A model generated the notes under the pieces. It had not been told where the DNA came from. It ran no database searches and was given only the letters and a program-made list of their open reading frames with translations. A stretch of 36,851 nt of DNA. It comes from a virus (taxonomy: Duplodnaviria; Caudoviricetes). Of the stretch, positions 17,316-26,164 are shown one piece after another. The first letter of the stretch is position 1. Each line of letters starts with the position of its first letter. A program made the position numbers and the translations under genes. The DNA lies in IMG/VR virus record IMGVR_UViG_3300033434_000014, positions 1 to 36,851 of that record. One strand, given 5' to 3'.

Positions 17316-17945
17316 TTAGTAGTTGATATCGTCAAACACTATCGGAATACAGGCTTTAAGAGCATTGAGTAGCGGACACATTACTTCCCGCATTTGGGGA
17401 TGGGCGGCGGCTGCTGTGCGTAATTTCAATATGGTTCGCCATTCTCTTAAGTTGGTTGTAACCACGATTTCCGTTTTCAGGCTATTAGGTAACACGCTTC
17501 GGGCTTCTTGCGGCGGTGCACCTAATTCCAACAAAGACAAGTACGCGTTTTCAGCCTCTTGCATGGCATTAAACCAATTGAGATACTTTCTGTCGTCGTC
17601 AAGCGTATCCTGCCCCCAGAAACAAGGTTCAATTACGGTGATACCTTTATCGTTGTTCCCGTAATTACAGTACCTGGTTGACTCCTGAGCATAGCTGCAA
17701 ATTCTGTGTCTTACGATTTCGTGGGATACGCCCCGGTCAACGGTAAACCTAACTGATAAACTAACGTGTTCAATCATAGCTTCGTGTCCACGGTCAATAA
17801 GTGACTTTACAAATTTCAGAGCAGAACCATCAGTTATTTTATTCTCTGACTTGTAACATACTCGGCCAATGCGTTCCAGCTTCTTTAGAATTTCCATGCC
17901 GTCAATTTCATCAATGACTTCGAAACTAGGTTTAACTATTCTCAT
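17316..17945 (-). CDS. thyX: Flavin-dependent thymidylate synthase
   Basis: GHEAMIEH, SHEIVRHR..SYAQESTRY, ARSVLP, AHPQMR. Confidence 0.95.
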   Translation of the reverse strand: MRIVKPSFEVIDEIDGMEILKKLERIGRVCYKSENKITDGSALKFVKSLIDRGHEAMIEHVSLSVRFTVDRGVSHEIVRHRICSYAQESTRYCNYGNNDKGITVIEPCFWGQDTLDDDRKYLNWFNAMQEAENAYLSLLELGAPPQEARSVLPNSLKTEIVVTTNLREWRTILKLRTAAAAHPQMREVMCPLLNALKACIPIVFDDINY

Positions 17946-18391
17946 AGTCTCATCAACCCTTCCTGACACTCTGGGCAGAGGTTTACGTCTCTGAATTTAA
18001 TCAAGTCACCTGTTCTATGGCACGCACTGCAGCGTTCTTTGTGCTTTTTGATGACAACTGTATCACCTTCTACGGTAACATCTACTAGTGTACTGTAGTC
18101 AATACCAAGCGCACGCCGGATATTTACTGGGATAACCATGTTCCCCATGTCGTCTACCTTTTTAACAAAGCACCTATTATTCACAAAACTTTCCTCCTTG
18201 CTTTTAGTGACTATTTTGCGGCCCCGCTTATTGTTTAGGAATTCGATGTGACTTTCCAGCACTTTGATTGCGCTGTCAATTTCGTCCATATCCACCGTAA
18301 TACTCAGTTCCATTTTGTTGACTGTATGTTTACACCCGACAGGCTCCCCACAATGCTGACAAACTTGCTTATCTGGAATAAGACAGAACAT
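17942..18391 (-). CDS. AbrB-family DNA-binding protein with N-terminal extension and C-terminal Cys motif
   Basis: VKKVDDMGNMVIPVNIRRALGI..VIKK..CSAC..LCPEC; GGAGGTG RBS before ATG 18391. Confidence 0.8.
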   Translation of the reverse strand: MFCLIPDKQVCQHCGEPVGCKHTVNKMELSITVDMDEIDSAIKVLESHIEFLNNKRGRKIVTKSKEESFVNNRCFVKKVDDMGNMVIPVNIRRALGIDYSTLVDVTVEGDTVVIKKHKERCSACHRTGDLIKFRDVNLCPECQEGLMRL

Positions 18392-18403
18392 CTGATCACC
18401 TCC

Positions 18404-18420
18404 TTTCACTTTTCGTGTAA
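18404..18420. repeat. 17-bp dispersed palindrome, exact
   Basis: TTTCAC TTTTC GTGTAA, within a 24-bp identity to 27966-27989. Confidence 0.85.
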
Positions 18421-19152
18421 TTTAACACGTTCTCTGGCAATAACGCAGTAGTCCTCAGCGGTGTCAATACCTATAAAGTTTCTGCCTGTGTTCTTAGCTG
18501 CCGCCAGAAAACTACCGGAACCACAACAGTTGTCTAAGACTAAGTCCCCGGGATTCGTATAGGTATTGATTAGGTACTCCCCAAGTAATATTGGCTTTTC
18601 GGTTGGATGCCGGACTTTTGATGGGTGTACCTTCTGAAACCTTAGTATTGATGTTGGAAACTTCATGTTTCCGTGCTCCTCGACATTGTCAACAGTAGAG
18701 GCCTTATTGTAATTCGTACCCCCTACATCTTCTCTTTGGCTGTGACCTTTAGAATGACTCTTATTACCCACTGTCTTCTGTGGGTTGTATACTGGCGGTT
18801 TGTTATAAAACACTACGATATCTTCGTGACACCGTAAGGGCATTTTATTAGCGTTAAGGAATCCAGTGGTCATTTCTTTATCCCATATCAAATTATATCT
18901 GTGAATTTTTTCGTTTGATAGTACTAAATGCGCTGTAAACTTATCTTGAGCAAACAGCACAATAGCTGCATTGTCTTTGGTAATTCTTTCGTACTGCTCC
19001 CAAAGTTTATCAAAAGGTATTATAGTGTCCCACTTATTACGTGCCGTAACGCCGTAGGGCAAATCGCAAAGTACCATATCCACAGTACCGCTTTCGATTT
19101 CCTTCATTAGCTCTATACAGTCCCCTTGATGGACTTTATTAATAGTTAGCAT
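18406..19152 (-). CDS. Site-specific DNA methyltransferase, N4C/N6A beta class
   Basis: GDCIELM, DLPYG, HPTEKP, LDNCCGSGS. Confidence 0.92.
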   Translation of the reverse strand: MLTINKVHQGDCIELMKEIESGTVDMVLCDLPYGVTARNKWDTIIPFDKLWEQYERITKDNAAIVLFAQDKFTAHLVLSNEKIHRYNLIWDKEMTTGFLNANKMPLRCHEDIVVFYNKPPVYNPQKTVGNKSHSKGHSQREDVGGTNYNKASTVDNVEEHGNMKFPTSILRFQKVHPSKVRHPTEKPILLGEYLINTYTNPGDLVLDNCCGSGSFLAAAKNTGRNFIGIDTAEDYCVIARERVKLHEK

Positions 19153-19158
19153 ATAGCA

Positions 19159-21933
19159 TCAATCCCACTTCATTCCATCAAGGAACGCTTCAATATCATC
19201 CTTGTTGGTTCTCGGTTTCTTAGGAACTGTAAGCCCCAACCTCTGGTATACTTTCCTCCGGCTGTAATACTGCGATTTAAACACCCCGACATTCGCGTCC
19301 ACTATATCGATCCACAGCGCTTTCTTCTCTGGGTTACGGGGGTCTGGCCGCTGTATTCGCCCGATGGTTTGCTCTACCCCTATACCGTTCTTCGCGCTTC
19401 CTGTATCGCCTCTTTGTGGTATTGCTAGAAGTCCTACACAAAGGTTAGGTAAGTCTAAGCCCTCTTTAGCAATACTGGAAGCTATTAGAATATCAAGTTT
19501 TCCAGCGCGGGACTCTTCCATTACTTGTTTCCGATATAGTGGAGTGCATTGCCAGCTTCGCATTTCACTTTCCGTGTAATTCTCAACCTTGATTTCCCAC
19601 CGTTTAGCTTTAGCATTAAACCTGTAGGCTACCGCTTTACCTTGCTGCATAAGTTCTTGGGCTGCAAACTCGCTACGAGCTACGCGCCACGAACACTGGC
19701 TTATAGGGCCGTGAACTACTGCTGTACGAATTCCTTTAAAACCCCGCTCGGCGGCTCTCTCAAGAATTAAGCCGTGTAACTTGTGGGCATACTTAATGCT
19801 CTCACTTACTACGATAGTAAAGCCCTGCTTTAAATTATTCAACGTGGTGTCTGCAATTAGTATAGCACGGTCATCATCTACGATCAAATGCTGTATAAGG
19901 TCGTGATAGTCCAATTCTTCGCCACCAGCGTCCACAGACGTCCCATTCCTCACTGATGCTGGCTCATAGTCGAAATCGCTATAAACGAATTTTATCTCCG
20001 GTTTAATTAATCGTCCCGACTCGTATAGGCCGTCTCTCGTGATTCGGTATACCTCAGGCCCTATTGCGCGATACATGTACTCTTGCAGCATATCCTTACG
20101 CTCTGGTGTGGCTGTAAGTCCCATTATTCTGCGTGCTTTAAACTTATTTAGCACTTCGATAAACGTGGTACTTGGCGTGTGGTGGCAATTATGCGTTAAG
20201 ATCCCGTTAGCAATAAAAGTATGGTCTGTGGTGGTAAAATCGTAAACTGCGGTGCCATGTAGCGGCGATACCTTCTTTATAGCCGTTAATCTATAAGGTA
20301 ATCCTTTATAGGTAATTTCACGATCAGTGTAAAATGTCCTCTGTTTAGAGAATCTGGCTAGTGTTTTACGGGAGTTACCTAAATTACCAATATTCTCTAT
20401 AAAATTAATTAAATCCTGACCACGTATTGTTATTCGGTGAACATCATTGTGGCCCTTAAGCTTATCAGCAGGTTTCTTAGACAGTGTACGGGCGTGTACC
20501 CCAAACTTCATAAGTAATTGTCTCATCTGTTCTAGGAAAGCGTATGCAGTCATGTCAAGAATCAAGCGTTGGCAACCGTTTTTTTCTGTAACTACAGCCC
20601 CCTCTGCGGCGAATACCGTGGTGATAAACCCCCGCAGGGCGTCTGACGGCGCCGTAAAAACCGTATCAGTAATTACTAGCTTATAGGCTTTCTTGCCCGC
20701 AGGGATAGCAAATGTCACCATTAACGTAGTTATTATCTCTTTGTTTGCAGACCATAAAGTTAAATCGCCCCGACAATTAATTGATTCTTTATAACTACTA
20801 CCGTATCCAAAAGCCGTCAACCCCGCCTTAAACACTCTTCTATAGTAGTCTAAATCTGTTCTTACAGCAACTTTCACCCTGGAGAGATTTTTCTCAATAT
20901 GCCCATCGGTGCAAATTAACGCCACGAAAGCCAGTTGTTCGGGCGTCCATTCACTCTTTTCTACGTGTGGTGTACTTAGAGGCAGCAGCAAGTAGTCCCC
21001 TTCGGTCAGGTCTTTTGTCTGTATTGCTTGAACACAGTCACCATCGGGAGGCACATACCCCCCTTTAGAATACGTCTTGAACTCTTTTTTATACACAATA
21101 TGCTTATGTGTATCGGTACAGTTAAGTTTTCCGTTTTGTGTAACTACTTCGTAAACAAGTCCAGTACGTTGGAATTTGTTGCTCACTACCCCACCCACGA
21201 CTAAATCACCATTCATTACGTCGGCTATTGGTTTAGCTGTGCCGTCTGCTAGCGTAATTAGCGTGTCACCGGCAAGACACTCGTCAACTACAACGTTCCC
21301 TATCAAGGGATCAAGTGCCTCGATAAGTTCTGGACGTTGACTTAAAGTCTGGGCCATCGCCACAATTAGCTTACCATCCCCGTAATCCACAACACCGTCA
21401 GCAATTCTACCAACACGCCCGATATCACCTGAAACTGCCTGAGCTTTAGCTATAGTTTGCTCCAAAAGGTCTTTCGTGTGAGTAAGCCATATTGTAGGTT
21501 TCCCTGTATCGTGTACATACTTAAGACCCATTACTGTCTTACCACTACCTGCGGGGGCTATCAAAACCCCGTTCTGCTGCATCATTGCAGCTACTGCGGG
21601 CAACTGGTCGTCCTTAAGGCTGTAAGCGGTATTCCATTCCCCGAAGTCTACAGCTTTTGTGTCGTTGTATTGTTCAAGAATTATGTCAAGTGGGATGTTC
21701 TGCTGCTGCATAATGTTTTTAAGGTCTTTTAAGAACCCTCTAGGACATACGATATCCGAACCTTCCAGCCTGTATAGTTTTAACTTCTTTTCAATGCCCC
21801 AAACCTTTTGGCGTTTCTTTTGCTTTTCAATGTATACCGGGTTGTCGATTTCCAGGGCTTTGGTTATTGCAGACCGGAGGGGAACCGTAGCCCCTCTGAT
21901 CCATATTTGATTTGATATAGTGATCTGTAGCAA
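19159..21933 (-). CDS. SF2 DExH helicase precursor containing an intein
   Basis: PAGSGKT, DE|CHH split by the intein, GLTATPER, EGLDLP, QTIGRIQR. Confidence 0.92.
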   Translation of the reverse strand: MLQITISNQIWIRGATVPLRSAITKALEIDNPVYIEKQKKRQKVWGIEKKLKLYRLEGSDIVCPRGFLKDLKNIMQQQNIPLDIILEQYNDTKAVDFGEWNTAYSLKDDQLPAVAAMMQQNGVLIAPAGSGKTVMGLKYVHDTGKPTIWLTHTKDLLEQTIAKAQAVSGDIGRVGRIADGVVDYGDGKLIVAMAQTLSQRPELIEALDPLIGNVVVDECLAGDTLITLADGTAKPIADVMNGDLVVGGVVSNKFQRTGLVYEVVTQNGKLNCTDTHKHIVYKKEFKTYSKGGYVPPDGDCVQAIQTKDLTEGDYLLLPLSTPHVEKSEWTPEQLAFVALICTDGHIEKNLSRVKVAVRTDLDYYRRVFKAGLTAFGYGSSYKESINCRGDLTLWSANKEIITTLMVTFAIPAGKKAYKLVITDTVFTAPSDALRGFITTVFAAEGAVVTEKNGCQRLILDMTAYAFLEQMRQLLMKFGVHARTLSKKPADKLKGHNDVHRITIRGQDLINFIENIGNLGNSRKTLARFSKQRTFYTDREITYKGLPYRLTAIKKVSPLHGTAVYDFTTTDHTFIANGILTHNCHHTPSTTFIEVLNKFKARRIMGLTATPERKDMLQEYMYRAIGPEVYRITRDGLYESGRLIKPEIKFVYSDFDYEPASVRNGTSVDAGGEELDYHDLIQHLIVDDDRAILIADTTLNNLKQGFTIVVSESIKYAHKLHGLILERAAERGFKGIRTAVVHGPISQCSWRVARSEFAAQELMQQGKAVAYRFNAKAKRWEIKVENYTESEMRSWQCTPLYRKQVMEESRAGKLDILIASSIAKEGLDLPNLCVGLLAIPQRGDTGSAKNGIGVEQTIGRIQRPDPRNPEKKALWIDIVDANVGVFKSQYYSRRKVYQRLGLTVPKKPRTNKDDIEAFLDGMKWD
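19563..19579. repeat. 17-bp dispersed palindrome, exact
   Basis: TTTCAC TTTCC GTGTAA. Confidence 0.8.
20188..21279 (-). mobile_element. Intein (364 aa) with LAGLIDADG homing endonuclease, inserted in Walker B
   Basis: Begins CLAGDT, block B CTDTHKH, LAGLIDADG-like FVALICTDG and FITTVFAAEG, ends ANGILTHN before Cys+1. Confidence 0.93.
20316..20332. repeat. 17-bp dispersed palindrome, exact (inside the intein)
   Basis: TTTCAC GATCA GTGTAA. Confidence 0.75.
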
Positions 21934-21942
21934 TTAATTCAC

Positions 21943-22113
21943 CTACTTTAATATATTGACTAACCCTGTAACTTCTAACGAAGCACCACCCCCGAATATA
22001 CCCATAACCAATAGAACTAAGACAACTATCCATATGCATAACGTACCTGTCCATTCGATAGCCATTACCGCAACTTCAGTTACTTTTTGGATTTTAGTCT
22101 TATCTGCTAACAT
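21943..22113 (-). CDS. Small membrane protein (56 aa), not in the ORF track
   Basis: ATG 22113 after AAGGGG; TM segment LCIWIVVLVLLVMGIF; fills the gap before the helicase. Confidence 0.6.
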   Translation of the reverse strand: MLADKTKIQKVTEVAVMAIEWTGTLCIWIVVLVLLVMGIFGGGASLEVTGLVNILK

Positions 22114-22384
22114 TCACGTCGCCCCTTTCCGTCATAGTTAAACCGCTATAGGTAAGTCTAGGATATCTATCTCGGTCTAAAGCGAATCCAGGAAAACCAG
22201 CGGGTAGCTTACAAAGTACAACAGATCCGTTTTGGGTTATTTCTAGTACTCTAGCTTGGTATTTAAGGTCTTTGCTTACAGCTACAACGGCTACACCTAG
22301 GGATTCCCCCACACCACCATTACGGATATCACACAACTTGAGATACACATCTTTGTCATTTTTGTTTTTTGCAGTTTTAAACAT
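22100..22384 (-). CDS. Hypothetical phage protein
   Basis: Coupled ORF with RBS. Confidence 0.65.
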   Translation of the reverse strand: MFKTAKNKNDKDVYLKLCDIRNGGVGESLGVAVVAVSKDLKYQARVLEITQNGSVVLCKLPAGFPGFALDRDRYPRLTYSGLTMTERGDVNVSR

Positions 22385-22643
22385 CAGCCTTAACCCCTGT
22401 CAAAGGGAAAACCCTTTTTAGTAACTTATCACTGGGATACCACTTATCGCAGCCTTTGTCCTGGTCGTACCAAGAAGCGCCTTGCGTCTTAGACTTGTAG
22501 TGACAACTTACCTGCACTTCACCGTCAACATCGACATACCAACAACTACAACAACCGAAGCATGTTCCTGGGTTTCCAGCCTCATTGCTGCGTACAAAAT
22601 CCTGAACAATTTGCTCACGTTCTTCTCTTGGTTTTAAATCCAC
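22377..22643 (-). CDS. Cys-rich hypothetical protein
   Basis: AGGAGG RBS; CFGCCSCW..C..C. Confidence 0.65.
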   Translation of the reverse strand: MDLKPREEREQIVQDFVRSNEAGNPGTCFGCCSCWYVDVDGEVQVSCHYKSKTQGASWYDQDKGCDKWYPSDKLLKRVFPLTGVKADV

Positions 22644-22661
22644 AATGTCCCCTCCTAAGAA

Positions 22662-23153
22662 TTATTTGCAGTAATCAACCACAGGCTGTAAATAATATGT
22701 CCTCTTTTCAGCTTCCATTAAAGGTATTTCCACGAATTGTGTAAATAGAGAACCGAAGTCACCTAGCTTTATATGATTCTTACCTTCTCGCTTCATAAAC
22801 CGTAGCGCGTCAACCAGTCTAAAAACAAGCGTCCTATCTGTATCTGCGTTTAAGAAGGATACAAACACCAGCCCCTTGTTGTGCTGTAGAACGCATTCGA
22901 AATCGAGTAATCCACGAATCTGCGGAGGACGTAGGAAACTTAGTTCGAACTTGTCTCCCGCTGTTCGCTTGTGTTCAGCTAAGATATTACAGCTCTTTAA
23001 GAGCACTACTTCATCTGCCGGCCTGGTCCCGGCTCCGGCATCAGTAATCCGGAGCCTCCAACTGTTTGGGACTAGCGCCCACGATCTACGCATTTCATCT
23101 TGGAAATCCTCGCCTCTGTCCCGGCGTTCCTTTTGCTTATTCGTGTTCGCCAA
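22662..23153 (-). CDS. RecU-like Holliday junction resolvase (PD-(D/E)xK)
   Basis: [22 protein letters not shown] motifs; TTG 23153 after GGGGA. Confidence 0.7.
   Translation of the reverse strand: MANTNKQKERRDRGEDFQDEMRRSWALVPNSWRLRITDAGAGTRPADEVVLLKSCNILAEHKRTAGDKFELSFLRPPQIRGLLDFECVLQHNKGLVFVSFLNADTDRTLVFRLVDALRFMKREGKNHIKLGDFGSLFTQFVEIPLMEAEKRTYYLQPVVDYCK
22728..22744. repeat. 17-bp dispersed palindrome, exact
   Basis: TTCCAC GAATT GTGTAA. Confidence 0.8.
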
Positions 23154-23385
23154 TGCGGTCCCCAATGTATTCAACAATAGCTATAAACGGCATATCACCA
23201 AATTTTTCCGCTGCTTCATCAGGTATTTCTATATTGAAACCAGCTTCGAAATCCATAACTGTTTCAACAATGTCAAGGGAATCGGCACCAAGGTCATCTA
23301 TTAATTGTGCGTCATCAGTAACATCAGCCGGATCAATACCTAATTTTTCTACAACAATATCTTTAACTCTTTCAAATGTTGTCAA
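23137..23385 (-). CDS. acpP: Acyl carrier protein
   Basis: Acidic 82 aa with [12 protein letters not shown] phosphopantetheine site and [10 protein letters not shown]. Confidence 0.92.
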   Translation of the reverse strand: MTTFERVKDIVVEKLGIDPADVTDDAQLIDDLGADSLDIVETVMDFEAGFNIEIPDEAAEKFGDMPFIAIVEYIGDRIGEHE

Positions 23386-23397
23386 TTTATAGCCCCC

Positions 23398-23979
23398 TTA
23401 TCTATTAGCCAGGAACAGCAATAGCGCCGCCTGAAGTCCCGCTTTTGCTTTAGCGCTTTCCAGTGCGTCTTTCGCGCCATATAATGCGTCTTTCGCCTGT
23501 TGCATGTCTACGTCAATCGAAGCAAGATCCCCGTTTACAGTAGCCAATTCCTTTCGCTGCTCTTTACTTGCCTGCCTGCGGTAAGCGTCACGCATAACAT
23601 CATTTGAAAGCGGAATTTGTTGACCATTAACTACAACGAACTTTCCAGAAGAATCAATCAGCATAAAGGCATCAGCTTCAGTTAACTTTACGGCAGTTTC
23701 CAGCTCAAATTTTCTCTTGAGCAACGGGGACTTTTTTTGAAACACGTCTTTCTGTGCTCCGCTTTTTTCGACAACGTCATGGCTGCAAATGTCTAGTTGA
23801 TCAAGGGTTTGCTGAATAGCATTTAAAGTAATTAGGGACGTGTACTCACTACTTAAGTCTTTTTTCTTAGCCTCCAGGAGCTGTGAAGCGAAGTGCTTTA
23901 CTTTTTCGGGACCATAAACAGCAATTAGATTTTGTAGTTGTTCCTCAATCTTATTTTTTACTTCCGCATTTTCAATCAT
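23398..23979 (-). CDS. Hypothetical coiled-coil protein
   Basis: Long helical sequence; coupled ORF. Confidence 0.7.
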   Translation of the reverse strand: MIENAEVKNKIEEQLQNLIAVYGPEKVKHFASQLLEAKKKDLSSEYTSLITLNAIQQTLDQLDICSHDVVEKSGAQKDVFQKKSPLLKRKFELETAVKLTEADAFMLIDSSGKFVVVNGQQIPLSNDVMRDAYRRQASKEQRKELATVNGDLASIDVDMQQAKDALYGAKDALESAKAKAGLQAALLLFLANR

Positions 23980-24416
23980 TTTTCTTCCCCCATTTGAATT
24001 AATTTTACGCCTGCCGCCCCCGCTAATATATCGGTCAGCGGATCAGGATACCAATAATAGAAGTAAACCTCTTTAATGCCTGCAGCTATAATCAGCTTCA
24101 TACATGAGCTGCAAGGGCGGTGTGTTACAAACATTGTACAGCCTCTTGTTGGTCGTCCGGCGAATGCCGCACTGGCTATAGCGGCCTGTTCAGCGTGGGT
24201 AGCGTAGCACTCGTTAAGTTTTTCACCAGACGGTACACCATCCCTGGAGCATATCGTGCATATTTCCATACCTCTACCTGGTCCATTAACCCCTAGGGCT
24301 ATCGCGCGACCGTCTCGTACGATTACAGCCCCCACCTTACGTCGTAAGCAATGCGACTGTTCGGCTACAATTTTTGCTCTGTTCATATACGCATTATTAA
24401 CCATATCGGTGCTCAT
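23976..24416 (-). CDS. dCMP deaminase (ComEB-like)
   Basis: SHCLRRKVGAVI, HAEQAA, PCSSC zinc motifs. Confidence 0.92.
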   Translation of the reverse strand: MSTDMVNNAYMNRAKIVAEQSHCLRRKVGAVIVRDGRAIALGVNGPGRGMEICTICSRDGVPSGEKLNECYATHAEQAAIASAAFAGRPTRGCTMFVTHRPCSSCMKLIIAAGIKEVYFYYWYPDPLTDILAGAAGVKLIQMGEEK

Positions 24417-24700
24417 AACATAACCAGTATAATAACACTGTCAGCCACATACTTTACAGGAATTTTGACGTAACCACTGTTACCATCGCTATCAAGACAA
24501 CACACGTCCAGAGTAAGCGGCCCGACTTTCGAAATCAATCCATATGTTTTTATTTCCAGGTTCTTCAGTACAGTATCAAAGGCATACGAAACCCGATTTA
24601 AGGTAAGAGAATCTTTTGATAGTAGTACAGGTCTACCTATCTTGATTGTCTCAGTATCGAACTGTGGTCTTAGAACTACGCCAAATGGTTGGTTTTCCAT
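24413..24700 (-). CDS. Hypothetical phage protein
   Basis: AGGGGG RBS, coupled. Confidence 0.65.
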   Translation of the reverse strand: MENQPFGVVLRPQFDTETIKIGRPVLLSKDSLTLNRVSYAFDTVLKNLEIKTYGLISKVGPLTLDVCCLDSDGNSGYVKIPVKYVADSVIILVML

Positions 24701-24966
24701 GGAGCAAGACCCCCTTGTATTTTATAAGAGTATCGGTTATTGAATAGATAGCCCTTGTCTACGTAGACAGACGGCAGCAGGGCTAGTGGTCCATATCTCG
24801 TGTGTAGGACATGCTCTTGCGTAATCCCTGTGGGTATTATAAGAAACAGGTTTTCGATTTTCGCTCCGTTAGCTATCATCTTATCTAGTTCGGGAAAGGT
24901 TGGCATAGTTTTTCTTAATTTTTCCATGGCCTGCTTAATTACTTCTACGGTTAACTTTTGTTCCAT
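24676..24966 (-). CDS. Hypothetical phage protein
   Basis: GAGG RBS, coupled. Confidence 0.65.
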   Translation of the reverse strand: MEQKLTVEVIKQAMEKLRKTMPTFPELDKMIANGAKIENLFLIIPTGITQEHVLHTRYGPLALLPSVYVDKGYLFNNRYSYKIQGGLAPWKTNHLA

Positions 24967-24969
24967 AAA

Positions 24970-25302
24970 CTAACCTCGGTTAAAAGAATGACCGTGAGTA
25001 ACAGCAACCCCATCTTGATTCCCGCATTCTCGGTTAATTACATCAACCATTTCCTGGCTTCTACTGCGGATAGCGGCAATAAATTTATTGATATCCCGGC
25101 CAGCGAAATCATTATACCCTACGTATAGTTGAGAGCCCCGAATGTTCATATCGTCCAAAGACAGTAGGTCAGTAAATAGCATTTCAGGATCTTTAGTCAT
25201 CATAGTGTCTATCACGGTTAACGCCCCAATATTCCCGTCACTCATTGAAGTTATCAAGCCTATCCGGGACTTAATAAACGCAGCTCTTTGTCTCTCTTCC
25301 AT
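24970..25302 (-). CDS. Hypothetical phage protein
   Basis: AAGGGGGTG RBS; MSDGNIGAL..LDDMNIRG pattern. Confidence 0.7.
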   Translation of the reverse strand: MEERQRAAFIKSRIGLITSMSDGNIGALTVIDTMMTKDPEMLFTDLLSLDDMNIRGSQLYVGYNDFAGRDINKFIAAIRSRSQEMVDVINRECGNQDGVAVTHGHSFNRG

Positions 25303-25383
25303 ATATACGCACCCCCTTACTTTTTGCTTTGGTGTTTTTAGTCGGTACAGTCACAGCTTTAATTGGGTCCCAACCAGCCTTTG

Positions 25384-25968
25384 TTATTTCTTATAAAAGT
25401 ATGTGGCCGCCATGTCCGAAAGGTGTAAAGCAGATACCAACGGATACATATCCATTGCTGTACCCATCGACGCGCTACCAGAAAAACCGCCACGAGCCGC
25501 ATCGTCGAAACCACCCATATGAAACCTAATAGCCAAGGCTTCTTCATCCGATAAGGCTACAAAACGCTGTAAAAGTATTATACTTTTTTCTCCATGACCT
25601 GCCGGGAACTTATCATCTACAGAGTAGTAAGGAACTTTCTCCCACTGACCAGTTTTTTCGTTTTTAGCATTGCGGGTAGACACAGTATAATAGTTAGCTT
25701 TACACAAATCGTGTAATAAGGCTGTAATTTTCATTGATTCTAGACCAAAATTAAGCTGAAAAGCTTCGTTTATCTTTAACAGGGCGTCGTATACGGCCAA
25801 GCTGTGAATAAGTAGACCACCTGTTACAGCTCCATGGTGACGGGTACTAGCCGGGGCAGTGTAGAAATCAGTAGTATCTATCCACTGTAACAGCTCTGGT
25901 ATTCCGGGGCGCTTAACCTCATTCAGTAAGCTAATAAATACGTTTTTCAAATTATCAAGTCCTCTCAT
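25384..25968 (-). CDS. HD-domain phosphohydrolase (start ATG 25968 or TTG 25950)
   Basis: FYTAPAST.HH, HSL.V, LLHDLCK, GHGEKS, RFHMG, LHLSD. Confidence 0.88.
   Translation of the reverse strand: MRGLDNLKNVFISLLNEVKRPGIPELLQWIDTTDFYTAPASTRHHGAVTGGLLIHSLAVYDALLKINEAFQLNFGLESMKITALLHDLCKANYYTVSTRNAKNEKTGQWEKVPYYSVDDKFPAGHGEKSIILLQRFVALSDEEALAIRFHMGGFDDAARGGFSGSASMGTAMDMYPLVSALHLSDMAATYFYKK
25700..25716. repeat. 17-bp dispersed palindrome, exact
   Basis: TTACAC AAATC GTGTAA. Confidence 0.85.
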
Positions 25969-25975
25969 CCTATTG

Positions 25976-26164
25976 TTAGTTGTGTGCTCCTCTAAGTCTA
26001 TGAGGCATAATAGCTGTAGCATCTATACCTAAAACTGATGCCAACGTCTCAACTTTCCTTTTTACACCTTTACAAACAAAGCAATCTTTACTGTTACAGA
26101 CTTCCATACGGTCAAGCAACACCTGTAGTGTCTCTACAACATATGCCTTTTCAGCTTCAATCAA
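25976..26164 (-). CDS. Small hypothetical protein
   Basis: TTGA overlap with upstream stop; AAGGGG RBS; Cys cluster. Confidence 0.55.
   Translation of the reverse strand: MIEAEKAYVVETLQVLLDRMEVCNSKDCFVCKGVKRKVETLASVLGIDATAIMPHRLRGAHN

Noticed and set aside
2098-21143. Weak sites TTTTCC-N5-GTGTAA at 2098 and 21127 and the half-site at 6013
   Set aside because: Only one good half-site each; not counted as lattice members without a position-weight-matrix scan.
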